Shown here in pieces: positions 29,410 through 39,185 of a stretch of 64,000 bases of DNA. The notes below the pieces were generated by a model. That model was not told the origin of the DNA, ran no database searches, and worked only from the letters and a program-made list of their open reading frames with translations. Position numbers and translations under genes: made by a program. The stretch is from Fimbriimonadales bacterium (lineage in GTDB: Bacteria; Armatimonadota; Fimbriimonadia; Fimbriimonadales; ATM1), in the NCBI GenBank assembly GCA_041744215.1, contig JBGTLG010000039.1, forward strand, positions 96,001 to 160,000, written 5' to 3'. Positions within the stretch are counted from its first letter, which is position 1, and every line of letters begins with the position of its first letter.

Positions 29410-29931
29410 TTAATACTCGATAAGCGCGCCGATATCGTAGCCTCGCAGCGCGTGCCGTCCGGGAAGGAAACTCAGCTCGACCATGAACGCGAAAATGGCG
29501 ACGTTCGCCCCGGACCTCTCTGTCAGTCTTGCGCAGGCAAGCGCAGTGCCTCCTGTTGCGAGCAGGTCATCGACCACCGCAACGCGGTCACCATTGCGCA
29601 ACGAATCCGAGTGCATCTCGATTGTATTCGTGCCGTACTCCAGCGAGTACTCCTCGGTTATTCGATCGTGCGGCAGCTTTCCTAACTTCCTCGCAACGAC
29701 AAGGGGAAGCTTCAGTTTTAGCGCGATGGGTGCGCCGAAAATGAAGCCGCGCGACTCGATGGCCATGATGATCGTTGGATCATATCGGGCGATCATGTCG
29801 GTCATCCGATCGACGACTTCTTGAAATGCCTCGGGATCCTGGAGGACCGGCGTTATGTCCTTGAAGAGGATTCCTGGTTTCGGAAAGTCGGGGACATCAC
29901 GGACGAGCGATGCGGCTTTGAGTTCTGACAT
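29410..29931 (-). CDS. apt: Adenine phosphoribosyltransferase
   Basis: DFPKPGILFKDIT, ESRGF, VVDDLLATGGT. Confidence 0.97.
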   Translation of the reverse strand: MSELKAASLVRDVPDFPKPGILFKDITPVLQDPEAFQEVVDRMTDMIARYDPTIIMAIESRGFIFGAPIALKLKLPLVVARKLGKLPHDRITEEYSLEYGTNTIEMHSDSLRNGDRVAVVDDLLATGGTALACARLTERSGANVAIFAFMVELSFLPGRHALRGYDIGALIEY

Positions 29932-29977
29932 GCCGAACAAAATATACCACCGCTCGTTTCATGCAGAATGAGTTCCC

Positions 29978-31252
29978 GTGCCGTTCATGTCCCGCCTTCC
30001 AGCGCTCCGGTCTCGCAACTACAGGATCTTTCTTGCGGGCAACTTTGTGAGCCAGGCGGGAAACATGGCTCAGACGTGGGCGATCATGTGGCAGGTCAAG
30101 GAATTGACCGGAGATCCGCTCAGTGTCGGGGGCATTGCGCTGGCCAGAGTCGTACCGATGCTCCTGCTCAGTCTGTTCGGCGGCGTCGTCGCGGATCAGT
30201 TCGACAGGCGGCGGGTGCTCATCGGCGTACAGGTTTTGCTTGTCATTGTGAGCGCAATGTTGGCCTTCGCAACGATCACGGACTCGATACGGCTTTGGCA
30301 GATATACGCTTTAGTAGCCGTGTGGGGCGCGGTGCGGTCCTTTGACGGGCCATCGCGTGCCGCGATGGTTCCAACGCTAGTTCCGATCGAGCATCTCCCC
30401 AGCGCGATCAGTATCAACAGCATCGCTTGGCGTCTGAGCGACGTTATCGGTCCGTTGATCGTTACATTCGCGCTCTGGTTCGCTGGATTTAACATCGCAG
30501 GGATGGACGTGAGCGGCGTTGGCCTTGTGTATGTGCTCAACACAATGTCGTTCGCGCCTGTGTTGCTCGCACTTTTCCTGCTACCGCCTTGTCGGCCAGA
30601 TTGGTCGGACGGCGAGGACCGCAAGATCGGTCGCCTGAGCGAAGTCTTCCCTTTCCTAGGCGAAGGCATCAAGTTCGTGAAAAAAACTGCGATCGTTCGG
30701 AATTGCATGGTGCTGGACTTCTGGGCTACTTTCTTTTCCTCTGCGGATGCGTTGCTGCCGTTCGTCGTCGTAAACCTGCTCGCTGAGTCGAAGGAAGCAT
30801 ATGGATTACTGGCTGCTTCGATCGCCGTCGGCTCGCTGCTCGCTTCGCTTTTGATGGCGTTTCGAGTGGTCCCAGAACGACCGGGACGTGGGATCATTCT
30901 GTCTGTCGCCGCCTATGGGGTGCTGACGGTTCTGTTCGCGTTTAGTCCGTGGCTCATTGTGTCGATGGTGCTGCTAGCGGGTACTGGTGCCGCAGACACG
31001 ATCAGCACGATTCTGCGGCAGACAGTACGCCAGTTGGCTACGCCTGACCGGGTAAGGGGCAGAATGGCGGCGGTGGGAATGCTGTTTCAGATTGGCGGCC
31101 CCCAGTTGGGCGATTTCGAGGCCGGACTGGTCGCGAAGTTTACTGGTGAGAGGTTTGCGATCTCGCTTGGCGGGGTAGCCAGTTGCGGGGTGGCCTGGCT
31201 CTATTGGCGGGTGAAATCCCTGCGGGATTACCGAATTCCGGTCCCCGGCTAA
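29978..31252 (+). CDS. MFS transporter (EntS/DHA3-like)
   Basis: About 12 TM helices; GGVVADQFDRRR; PDRVRGR. Confidence 0.9.
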   Translation: MPFMSRLPALRSRNYRIFLAGNFVSQAGNMAQTWAIMWQVKELTGDPLSVGGIALARVVPMLLLSLFGGVVADQFDRRRVLIGVQVLLVIVSAMLAFATITDSIRLWQIYALVAVWGAVRSFDGPSRAAMVPTLVPIEHLPSAISINSIAWRLSDVIGPLIVTFALWFAGFNIAGMDVSGVGLVYVLNTMSFAPVLLALFLLPPCRPDWSDGEDRKIGRLSEVFPFLGEGIKFVKKTAIVRNCMVLDFWATFFSSADALLPFVVVNLLAESKEAYGLLAASIAVGSLLASLLMAFRVVPERPGRGIILSVAAYGVLTVLFAFSPWLIVSMVLLAGTGAADTISTILRQTVRQLATPDRVRGRMAAVGMLFQIGGPQLGDFEAGLVAKFTGERFAISLGGVASCGVAWLYWRVKSLRDYRIPVPG

Positions 31253-31350
31253 GGAAAACTAGCAAGTTTCTTGAACGTTCGCAGTTCAAAACCCGACAAA
31301 TGCGTGTATATTGGTCGGTGGGCACTAAGCCCTACCTAGGTAAAAAACCG

Positions 31351-31905
31351 ATGTTTAACCTTCGCGCAGAACAAGCGGCGCTAGGGGACCCGCGAGCCGA
31401 AGAGGCTCAGCTCGTCCTCCGTACGCGCCATGGCGACGACGGTGCGCTCCGAGACCTCATAGAGCGACACCGGGTTCGGCTGATTCGAACCGCGGCCAAT
31501 ATCCTTCGAGATCCCATTGAGGCCGAAGATGTAGCCCAGGAGTCGTTTCTCAAGGCTTTTCGTGAACTTCACCGGCTTAGGGACGACCGAGCTTTCGGCA
31601 GTTTCATCTATCGGATTTGCGTCCGCCTTTGTGTGGATCGTCTGAGGTTGAAGCGTGCCGAGCCATCTCCGATGGAGCCTACCGACCGCGCCCCGACCGG
31701 ATCCATTGAAAACAAAATGCTCGTTGAGAAACTCTTGGCGAAACTCCCCCCCGAACTCCGTGCGACGCTGGTCCTTCGCGAGATGGAGCAGTTGAGCTAT
31801 GAAGAGGTCGCGCAGGTGATGCACATACCTGTCGGCACTGTTCGGTCGCGTCTTCACACGGCCAGGGAGCGTTTTCGCGCACTGTGGGTTGCTGCGAACG
31901 AGTAA
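31351..31905 (+). CDS. ECF RNA polymerase sigma-70 factor
   Basis: AEDVAQESFLKAF (region 2); LSYEEVAQVMHIPVGTVRSRLH (region 4). Confidence 0.93.
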   Translation: MFNLRAEQAALGDPRAEEAQLVLRTRHGDDGALRDLIERHRVRLIRTAANILRDPIEAEDVAQESFLKAFRELHRLRDDRAFGSFIYRICVRLCVDRLRLKRAEPSPMEPTDRAPTGSIENKMLVEKLLAKLPPELRATLVLREMEQLSYEEVAQVMHIPVGTVRSRLHTARERFRALWVAANE

Positions 31906-31913
31906 GGATAAGC

Positions 31914-32369
31914 ATGCGACTGCGACGCGACTGTAAGAAGTTCCGCAAACTTCGGATCTCTTGGCAAGATGCCACTGTAGGTCCGGAGAATTTGCGACGC
32001 ATGGACGAGCACTTGGAGTCCTGCGAACTTTGTCGCGCGTTTGATCACAGCTTGGCGGAATCTCGCGGAGCGCTTCGGCATGCAGCGATTGAGCCCATCA
32101 CGCCATCCGAGTTCACTTCCAATCTGTTGTTGCGTATTACCGGCGACAGATTGCGTCGACAACTTGCGGCGTGGAGGCCCGCGCTGATCGGGGCAGTATC
32201 GTCTGTCGTGTTGCTAAGCACGGTCGTGCAATTGCTAACGAAGGCACCCGAAATCAATCAGCCGAATGCTGGGAGCAGCGCGTGGGACATCCAGCGAACC
32301 GAATCTGGGTCGCCGGTGTTCATCACTCCGCCAGATTCTTACGACACTCCAACGCGCGTTGACGTGTAG
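31914..32369 (+). CDS. Zinc-binding (zf-HC2/ZAS) transmembrane anti-sigma factor
   Basis: HLESCELC (HxxxCxxC), single TM helix, immediately downstream of the ECF sigma. Confidence 0.8.
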   Translation: MRLRRDCKKFRKLRISWQDATVGPENLRRMDEHLESCELCRAFDHSLAESRGALRHAAIEPITPSEFTSNLLLRITGDRLRRQLAAWRPALIGAVSSVVLLSTVVQLLTKAPEINQPNAGSSAWDIQRTESGSPVFITPPDSYDTPTRVDV

Positions 32370-32378
32370 TGCGCCCAC

Positions 32379-33956
32379 ATGAACGGGCGACAACGGCTAC
32401 TCCTCGGATTCTTCGTGGGGGGGATTGCAACACTCCTTGTCATTCAGCCTAGTCGGGCCGTTTTACTTCATGTGCTTCACACAAAAGCGGTCATCAGCAA
32501 ACTGAATCAGAGCGTACTTTCGGCATCTGGCGCGCCACTCGCCGAGCCAGGCTTTGCTGGGAAGATGACACTTCCTGAAGTCAGTCAACAGATGCTGCTG
32601 ATTGCGAATCGCATCCATCGTGACAAGAGGGCGACGATTTCTGCTCGGGATTTTGAGATTGCGCGGGAGTACTTGAGTCGTGGAGAAGAGTTGGAGCCTG
32701 ATAATGCATATTGGCCCCAATTGCGCGCTGCGATTGCAAACCGCGCTGGCCGAGGCGAGCAAACCATCACGAATCTGGAACGTGCGGCGGAAAAGCGCTA
32801 TTGGAACAGCGGATCCACTCAGGAGATGCTCGATCTGTGGTCTAGCATGTCTGCGTCTGAAGGCGTTCGCCTGAGTTGGCAAGGCCTTTTTGTTCGCGAA
32901 CTTCGTGCAGATGCCCCAGCACACCTGATTCTGGAGCTTCAAACTCTGGAGCCTCCCACAAATGCCCAGGATGCAGATGCATGGCGCACACGGTATCTGA
33001 TTACTTGGAACTTCTCAATTCTTCGAGATGGCGCGAGGTCGGTTGAGGTTACTGCTTCTGCAGCCAGAGCCGTGTTGCGATTGGCCGACAGTTTCGTCGA
33101 TGCAAATCAAGATCGCACTCCCTTAGCAATTGACCAAGCGCGGTCGCTGTTTGTCACTCAGGTGTTCAATGTTGTCGGTCAAAAGGAAGGGGAGCGCACG
33201 TCGATAGCAGTTCGAAACGCAATCGCGCAAGATGTTAGTATTGAGCCAAGACCGATAATCCTCGAAAACAGAGATCGAGCAGGGTTACTTTCGCTGCTCT
33301 TTGGCTCACTTCCTTCTGTGCTGTTTTTAACGGGCGTGCTGATGTGCGGGGTGGCGGTGATTGGACTCATTACTTCAAGGTTGTTTGGCGACATCCCCCA
33401 CATTGACGCGCGGCTCATGGTTGGGACTGCGTTAGTGTTAGCCGCGGGCGCGGGGATCGCTTCAGGGGCATGGCTATTCGGCGGCTGGATACTGTTGGTC
33501 GTATCCCTACTCGGCGTACCTATAGAAGCACCATTGCCGCACCCTGTTGAATGGAGTCGAATGAATCGGCTGGCGATTGGCATCCTCACGGGCACATGCA
33601 TGGTCTTGATCGCTTTTTGGCTGTTTGCCAGCGGACCAACGTCATTGCTCGCGGAACGGTTACTTCCATTTGCGACCCCGTTGGTTGCAGACCCTACTGC
33701 TTCTGGAATCCTCGCGCTTGTCGCGATTACCTTCCTCATCCCGATATCGGTGCTGTGGGCGCACGTCAAGCGACGTACTGTCTTGCGAGTATTAGGTGAG
33801 GCTTTCGCCAGGGTGGGACTGACCGGCGCGATCGTTTCATTGAGTGCGGCAGTGATAGCCACACCCATTGCAATCTACTACGATGCCAAACTCTCGTCAG
33901 TCGTGCAGAGATGGGTTATGAACGAGACTGACGCATTCAGGATCGCCCCAAGGTGA
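32379..33956 (+). CDS. Hypothetical membrane protein (N-terminal anchor, helical/TPR-like domain, ~7 C-terminal TM helices)
   Basis: 525-aa ORF; ELEPDNAYW TPR-like turn; hydrophobic C-terminal half. Confidence 0.75.
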   Translation: MNGRQRLLLGFFVGGIATLLVIQPSRAVLLHVLHTKAVISKLNQSVLSASGAPLAEPGFAGKMTLPEVSQQMLLIANRIHRDKRATISARDFEIAREYLSRGEELEPDNAYWPQLRAAIANRAGRGEQTITNLERAAEKRYWNSGSTQEMLDLWSSMSASEGVRLSWQGLFVRELRADAPAHLILELQTLEPPTNAQDADAWRTRYLITWNFSILRDGARSVEVTASAARAVLRLADSFVDANQDRTPLAIDQARSLFVTQVFNVVGQKEGERTSIAVRNAIAQDVSIEPRPIILENRDRAGLLSLLFGSLPSVLFLTGVLMCGVAVIGLITSRLFGDIPHIDARLMVGTALVLAAGAGIASGAWLFGGWILLVVSLLGVPIEAPLPHPVEWSRMNRLAIGILTGTCMVLIAFWLFASGPTSLLAERLLPFATPLVADPTASGILALVAITFLIPISVLWAHVKRRTVLRVLGEAFARVGLTGAIVSLSAAVIATPIAIYYDAKLSSVVQRWVMNETDAFRIAPR

Positions 33957-36319
33957 GGGACTTGTCAAGCACCTTTGTCAATCACGCGCGGAGCGCAAGG
34001 TTGCGCGCTGTTGTTGCTTTTGAATCCGCACCGTCGGGCCGCAAGTTCTGCCGAAGCCTGACTCACATTGCCGACAATCTGCTTACACACCTGCTCAATG
34101 CGGCTCAGTCAAGGGCGGACGATCCGGGCATAGCGGTGGTAGCGACGGGGGGGTATGGTCGACGTGAGCTTGCTCCCTTTAGCGATCTGGACATTACTTT
34201 CATTGCGCCCTCGGGTTACGAAACTGAAAGCGAGCAAATCGTACGTGACCTGTTTCGGCTCGTCGTCGATTCCTTTTCTGCACTTGACTGGCCCGTCGGC
34301 TATGCGTTCCGCCTGCCCTCTGACTGCCCTGCTCTGGACAGCAAAACTCGAACCGGGCTGATCGATGCGCGTCTTGTCGGAGGATCAAGCGAAACGCTCT
34401 CACACTTCAACGATGAGTTTGCGCGTTCGTTTCCTGTGGCAGATTTTCTGATCGAGAAGCTAGAAGAGAGAACAGAGATGCGGAGCAAGTGGCATGATAC
34501 GCCACGGGTCGTCGAATTCAATCTCCGCGATGGCGCAGGTGGACTCCGAGATGCTCAAACACTGCGATGGCTTGCGTATGCGATGAAGAGGCCGTTAGGC
34601 GGCGCTCCTCGCGATGCCGAGGAGGCGCTACTGCTGTATCGGAATGCGCTGCACATTGCAACTCAACGCAAACAGGACGTGCTTGCACGGACCAGGCTCG
34701 GAGACGTTGCGCGAATTGTTGGGCGTGAGCCAGAGGAGATCGTCTCAGCCGTGATTCGATCCGGAGAACGAATCGACGGAGCATGGTCCCGCGGAATCGA
34801 GATCGCCAGGCAATCCTCCTTTTCGCTGGCGAGCGGAGTTTCCGCTACGAGAGGTGAAGGCCGCATTGAGGAGGACGCACCGCTGACGGAGGCTGTGATC
34901 GGTGTTTGTCGTGCCGTGCGTTTGGGTTTACGCATCAAGCCAGCCACTGGCATTGGCGATGAAGGCAATCTTGCGAGGACGGTCGGATGGATTACAAGGG
35001 GCGCATCGGAAATCCGTGCTCTAGACCGATCCGGCTTGCTTGCAAGGCTCATTCCAGAACTCTCTCTGTGCATGGACCTTCCATCGCAAGATTCGGTGCA
35101 TCGGTATAGCGTCGGTGAGCATACATTGCAAGTAATCGAGTCGCTAGATCGCCTCCGGTCGGTGAGAGAACTGGCAAGCGCATGGTCAGATGTTCCTAAC
35201 CGACGACCTCTAATCTTGGCTGCGCTCCTTCACGACGTCGGGAAGTCAGATAAAAGTGCGTCGCACTCCCAAACAGGCGCACGTATGGCGCGAGAAGTTT
35301 GCGAGCGATTAGGCGTAGCTGATGACGAGTTAGACTCGACTTCGTGGCTCGTCCTCCATCATCTGGAGTTGGCGCGCATCGCCCGTACGCACGACCTCTC
35401 GGATCCGTCAACGTACGTCGATCTGGTGCGGACCTGCGATCGCGCAGATCGCCTCGCAATGCTGTACCTGCTCACTCTTGCGGACACAGATAGTGTCGCT
35501 CCCGGTGTGCTGACACCTCACCTGGAATCATCGTTGAAGGAGCTGTATGAGCGAACCCGCTCCATACTCGGAGGAGAACCGATTCCTGACGATCCAGCAG
35601 TTTTTCGAAGTGAAGCCGAACGCAAGCTCCGATCCGGTGGCCGACCAGACGTCGAACAGCTTTTGAGGGAGATGCCGACTCACTATCTTTTGGCAACGCC
35701 GACGGAAATGTTCCCATTGCATTCGGAGTACGTGCGGCGTGCATCCGATGGCGAGACTCTTGTAGTGTTTCAACATGACCAGAACGCGCACACGACTGAG
35801 ATAACAATCTGCACTCGCGATCTTCCCGAGCCTGGGTTGCTAAGCAGGATTTTTGGTGTGATCTATGCGTTAGACATTTCCGTTCATGACGCACGGGCTG
35901 CGTCGACTGCGACTGCGCTGCCGATTGCGCTCGATACGATAACCGTTTCTTATCAGGGCAACCCTCTACCAACCGGGCTTTGCCGCGCTCTTACTTCGGA
36001 ATTGCAGAATCGCCTGGGGAGCGCAGAGGCTATAGTCGATTTCCTTCGGGCACATGGCAAGGAGCCGGATAGGCGTCAGACGATGCTGACCTACACTTTT
36101 CACGAGGGAACACCCGGGGTTCTCGAGTTCCAGACTCCTCCTGGACGCGGAATGCCCTACCGGGTGGCGAAACTGCTTGCTGAATTCGGGTGGAATGTCT
36201 ATGTGGCGAGGATGGGAGTGTACGCAGACCGAGCAGTTGCGCGCTTCTACGTCGGACGTCCAAGCGGTAAGCCTCTGAGCAGTTCCGAAGTAGACCGGAA
36301 GCTCGCATCGGCCGACTAG
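33953..36319 (+). CDS. glnD: [Protein-PII] uridylyltransferase/uridylyl-removing enzyme family
   Basis: NTase motif ATGGYGRRELAPFSDLDI, GGLRD, HRYSVGEHTL, HD motif LLHDVGK, two C-terminal ACT-like domains. Confidence 0.85.
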   Translation: MRDLSSTFVNHARSARLRAVVAFESAPSGRKFCRSLTHIADNLLTHLLNAAQSRADDPGIAVVATGGYGRRELAPFSDLDITFIAPSGYETESEQIVRDLFRLVVDSFSALDWPVGYAFRLPSDCPALDSKTRTGLIDARLVGGSSETLSHFNDEFARSFPVADFLIEKLEERTEMRSKWHDTPRVVEFNLRDGAGGLRDAQTLRWLAYAMKRPLGGAPRDAEEALLLYRNALHIATQRKQDVLARTRLGDVARIVGREPEEIVSAVIRSGERIDGAWSRGIEIARQSSFSLASGVSATRGEGRIEEDAPLTEAVIGVCRAVRLGLRIKPATGIGDEGNLARTVGWITRGASEIRALDRSGLLARLIPELSLCMDLPSQDSVHRYSVGEHTLQVIESLDRLRSVRELASAWSDVPNRRPLILAALLHDVGKSDKSASHSQTGARMAREVCERLGVADDELDSTSWLVLHHLELARIARTHDLSDPSTYVDLVRTCDRADRLAMLYLLTLADTDSVAPGVLTPHLESSLKELYERTRSILGGEPIPDDPAVFRSEAERKLRSGGRPDVEQLLREMPTHYLLATPTEMFPLHSEYVRRASDGETLVVFQHDQNAHTTEITICTRDLPEPGLLSRIFGVIYALDISVHDARAASTATALPIALDTITVSYQGNPLPTGLCRALTSELQNRLGSAEAIVDFLRAHGKEPDRRQTMLTYTFHEGTPGVLEFQTPPGRGMPYRVAKLLAEFGWNVYVARMGVYADRAVARFYVGRPSGKPLSSSEVDRKLASAD

Positions 36320-36347
36320 GTAGGTATAGTCTTGGACTCTCAGAGAT

Positions 36348-36797
36348 ATGCAAGTTCTAATCTTTGGCTGCGGGCGCACTGGCGCCGCTCTTGCGCGAAT
36401 GATGGCCCGTCGTGGCCATGGTGTTACTATTCTCGAGAAGGACCCTCAGAATCTTGCCAGGCTCGGTGACGACCACGGTTGCACCACGGTAGTGGGCGAC
36501 GGCCTCGACGATGAAGTTCTTCGTTCGGCTGGCATCGAATCCTGCGACGCGTTTGTCACCTGCACACGTGGTGACAATACGAACTTGATGGCCGCCCAGA
36601 TAGCACAGAAGCGTTACAACGTCAACATGGTTTGCGCAAAGGTAAACGATCCGCAACGCGCACACGAGTACAACAAGATCGGCGTTTTCTGTATCGTTCC
36701 CAATCTGCTGACCGCTGGGATGATGAGGTGTTGGCTAACTTCAGAGGAGTATGCGCCAATCGACACGCTCAATCAGTTGGAGGATGGTGCAGTTTAG
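36348..36797 (+). CDS. TrkA-N (RCK_N)-only protein
   Basis: IFGCGRTG, GDG, DNTNL; no RCK_C domain. Confidence 0.85.
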   Translation: MQVLIFGCGRTGAALARMMARRGHGVTILEKDPQNLARLGDDHGCTTVVGDGLDDEVLRSAGIESCDAFVTCTRGDNTNLMAAQIAQKRYNVNMVCAKVNDPQRAHEYNKIGVFCIVPNLLTAGMMRCWLTSEEYAPIDTLNQLEDGAV

Positions 36798-36799
36798 AG

Positions 36800-37450
36800 A
36801 TGTATGTAATTGTTGTCGGTGGCGGGCAAGTAGGGCTCCATCTAACAAAGCGGTTGCTCCAAGGCGGGCGTGAAGCTCTGCTAATCGAGAAGGATCCGAG
36901 TGCTGCGTCCGCGCTGAGATTGCAACTCGGCGATGTCATCATGACTGGCGACGGGTGCGAGGCGCAGGTTCAAGGAAGCGCGGGATTTCAGAGGGCCGAG
37001 GTCGTCGTCGCGGTCACCGGCGACGACGAGGACAACCTCGTGATTTGCCAAATGGCCTCCGAGACGTGGGGCGTTGGGCGGACTGTAGCGCGTGTCAATG
37101 ACCCATCTCATCTCTGGCTGTTCAGGGAACTCGGAGTTTCGAGCTGTGTCTCGGCGACCGATGTTCTTTACAACTTGATCGAGCAAGAGATTTCCGTTGG
37201 GACTGTGATTCCCCTCGCTGCTCTGAGAATGGGCAACATCGAGGTGGTCGAGGCCACGCTGACGTCGCGATCACCTTCGGTTGGCCAACTTGTCAGGGAG
37301 TTAGACATCCCTCCAAAAAGCAACATTGTTTGGCTGCTTAGAGGCGACGAAGGGATGGTCGTCGATGGAGACACGCGGCTTCAAGAGGGCGACCTTGTGG
37401 TCGCTCTTGTCCCGACCGACCGTGAAGAAGCCCTCCGAAATGTGCTGTAA
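36800..37450 (+). CDS. trkA: TrkA family potassium uptake regulatory protein (RCK_N + RCK_C)
   Basis: VVGGGQVG, TGDDEDNL, C-terminal TRLQEGDLV. Confidence 0.85.
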   Translation: MYVIVVGGGQVGLHLTKRLLQGGREALLIEKDPSAASALRLQLGDVIMTGDGCEAQVQGSAGFQRAEVVVAVTGDDEDNLVICQMASETWGVGRTVARVNDPSHLWLFRELGVSSCVSATDVLYNLIEQEISVGTVIPLAALRMGNIEVVEATLTSRSPSVGQLVRELDIPPKSNIVWLLRGDEGMVVDGDTRLQEGDLVVALVPTDREEALRNVL

Positions 37451-37553
37451 CGCTTGATTCCGGCCCCATACCTGCCAACAATACAGAGGGGCAGCTCTCG
37501 CGGCAGATGGAATACGAGTTAGGAAGAAGATCGGGTTGAGTGGGGTTTTTTTG

Positions 37554-37763
37554 ATGACAGTTAGTGAGGCAAAAGATTTCGTCGGGAAGCGAGTGTTCGT
37601 CGAGTACGTGGACCGCAACGGGAGCCCCTGCAGCGACAGCGGCATGCTCTTCGATGTCGAATACGTGCCTATGTACGGGAGCAATCTCGTCTTGGACTTC
37701 GGCGACATTCCGCTCGAAAAGGTCTGCGCCCTCGTCGAGGAATCGGCGAAGAAAGCAGCCTAG
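37554..37763 (+). CDS. Small hypothetical protein (69 aa)
   Basis: Protein-like composition, fills the intergenic gap, followed by a terminator. Confidence 0.65.
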   Translation: MTVSEAKDFVGKRVFVEYVDRNGSPCSDSGMLFDVEYVPMYGSNLVLDFGDIPLEKVCALVEESAKKAA

Positions 37764-37789
37764 GCCTCTCGAGCTCAGACGATTGCGAG

Positions 37790-37826
37790 GGTCCACCCTT
37801 CCAGAGGGTGGACCTTCGTTTGTTTT
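37790..37826 (+). terminator. Intrinsic terminator
   Basis: GGTCCACCCT-TCCAG-AGGGTGGACC 10-bp stem followed by TTCGTTTGTTTT. Confidence 0.8.
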
Positions 37827-37853
37827 GGTTCCCATGCCATACTTTTGTTTCCC

Positions 37854-39185
37854 ATGCCTGTTCATCTCGTCGGGTCCCTTCGCGTGTCGGGCTCAAGTCT
37901 GTTGATCGGAAATGAGGCGGCACATGACTTAGCATCCCAATTCGCGACTCCGCTTTACGTTTTCGACGCTTCGGCCTTCCGATCGTCCGTCGATGAATTC
38001 GTGGTAGCTGCACGGGCCGCTTATGCTAACACTCGAGTTGCCCTGGCTGCGAAAGCTAACAGCGCGGTGGCGATCCTGTCCTTTGCCGAGGAGCAAGGGC
38101 TTGATGTGGACGTGGCAAGTGAGGGTGAGTTGGAAGCTGCGCTTCGCGCTGGGTTCACAACTGACCGGATCCATGTGCACGGCAACAATAAATCAGTCGC
38201 TGAACTCGAGAGAGCGGTTCGAGAGGGCGTCCGGGCGATCGTGATCGATTGCCTTTCGGAAGTCGATCGATTGCAGAAAGTGTGTGCGCGCCATGGGCGA
38301 GCGCAGCGCGTGATGCTCAGGCTTGCGCCGGGTGTGGATCCTGTTACTCATCATGCGATCAGCACCGGACAAGAGGACACCAAATTCGGTCTGAACATCG
38401 CCGATGGTAGCGCCGATGAAGGAACGCGGCGGATTCTTGCCGCTCCGGATTTAGCTCTCGTCGGGTTTCATTGCCATGTCGGCTCGCAATTGATGGACTC
38501 TGAAGCGCAGGTCGCGGGGGCTTCGAGAGTATCCGAGTTTGCAGTTCAATACGCAAACGAGTGCGGGCCGGATATCGAAATTGGAGTTGGCGGCGGATTG
38601 GGGATCCGTTATTCAAAGGCAGACATACCCGAAGATGTAAGCACCTACTGTAGGGAGATCGCCGACGCCGCGCTAAAGCCGTTCCGCGAAGCCGGGCTGC
38701 CATTGCCGTCACTCTGCCATGAACCAGGGAGGCGGCTTGTAGGCGAAGCAGGCACAACGCTTTACACAATTGGTGTGATCAAGTCGGTTCCGGTGGGAGA
38801 CGGATTGCGAAGAACCTACGTAAGCGTAGACGGTGGGCTGGCTGACAACCCTCGACCTCAGCTATATGATGCGGTTTATACGGCCATCAATGCGTCAAGG
38901 GCCGGTGAACCGCACGACACGGAGTTTTGCGTTTCGGGGCGCCATTGCGAGACTGACACTCTGATAGCATCGGCTCTTCTCCCGAAAACTACCGCGGAAG
39001 GCGACGTGCTCGCGATCAGCTGCACGGGCGCGTACAATCAGTCGATGGCAAGCAACTACAACCGGTATCCTCGGCCTGCGTTGGCAATCGTCGGCTCAGG
39101 AGATCCCTGGGTCGCAGTCGAGCGCGAGACTGTCGGTGATCTTTTCAGGCATGAGAATGTTCGCGCTGAGGTGAAGGGTCAATGA
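37854..39185 (+). CDS. lysA: Diaminopimelate decarboxylase
   Basis: TPLYV, PLP Lys in AAKAN, HGNNKS, HCHVGSQ, EPGR, HCETD, GAY...MASNYN. Confidence 0.95.
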   Translation: MPVHLVGSLRVSGSSLLIGNEAAHDLASQFATPLYVFDASAFRSSVDEFVVAARAAYANTRVALAAKANSAVAILSFAEEQGLDVDVASEGELEAALRAGFTTDRIHVHGNNKSVAELERAVREGVRAIVIDCLSEVDRLQKVCARHGRAQRVMLRLAPGVDPVTHHAISTGQEDTKFGLNIADGSADEGTRRILAAPDLALVGFHCHVGSQLMDSEAQVAGASRVSEFAVQYANECGPDIEIGVGGGLGIRYSKADIPEDVSTYCREIADAALKPFREAGLPLPSLCHEPGRRLVGEAGTTLYTIGVIKSVPVGDGLRRTYVSVDGGLADNPRPQLYDAVYTAINASRAGEPHDTEFCVSGRHCETDTLIASALLPKTTAEGDVLAISCTGAYNQSMASNYNRYPRPALAIVGSGDPWVAVERETVGDLFRHENVRAEVKGQ

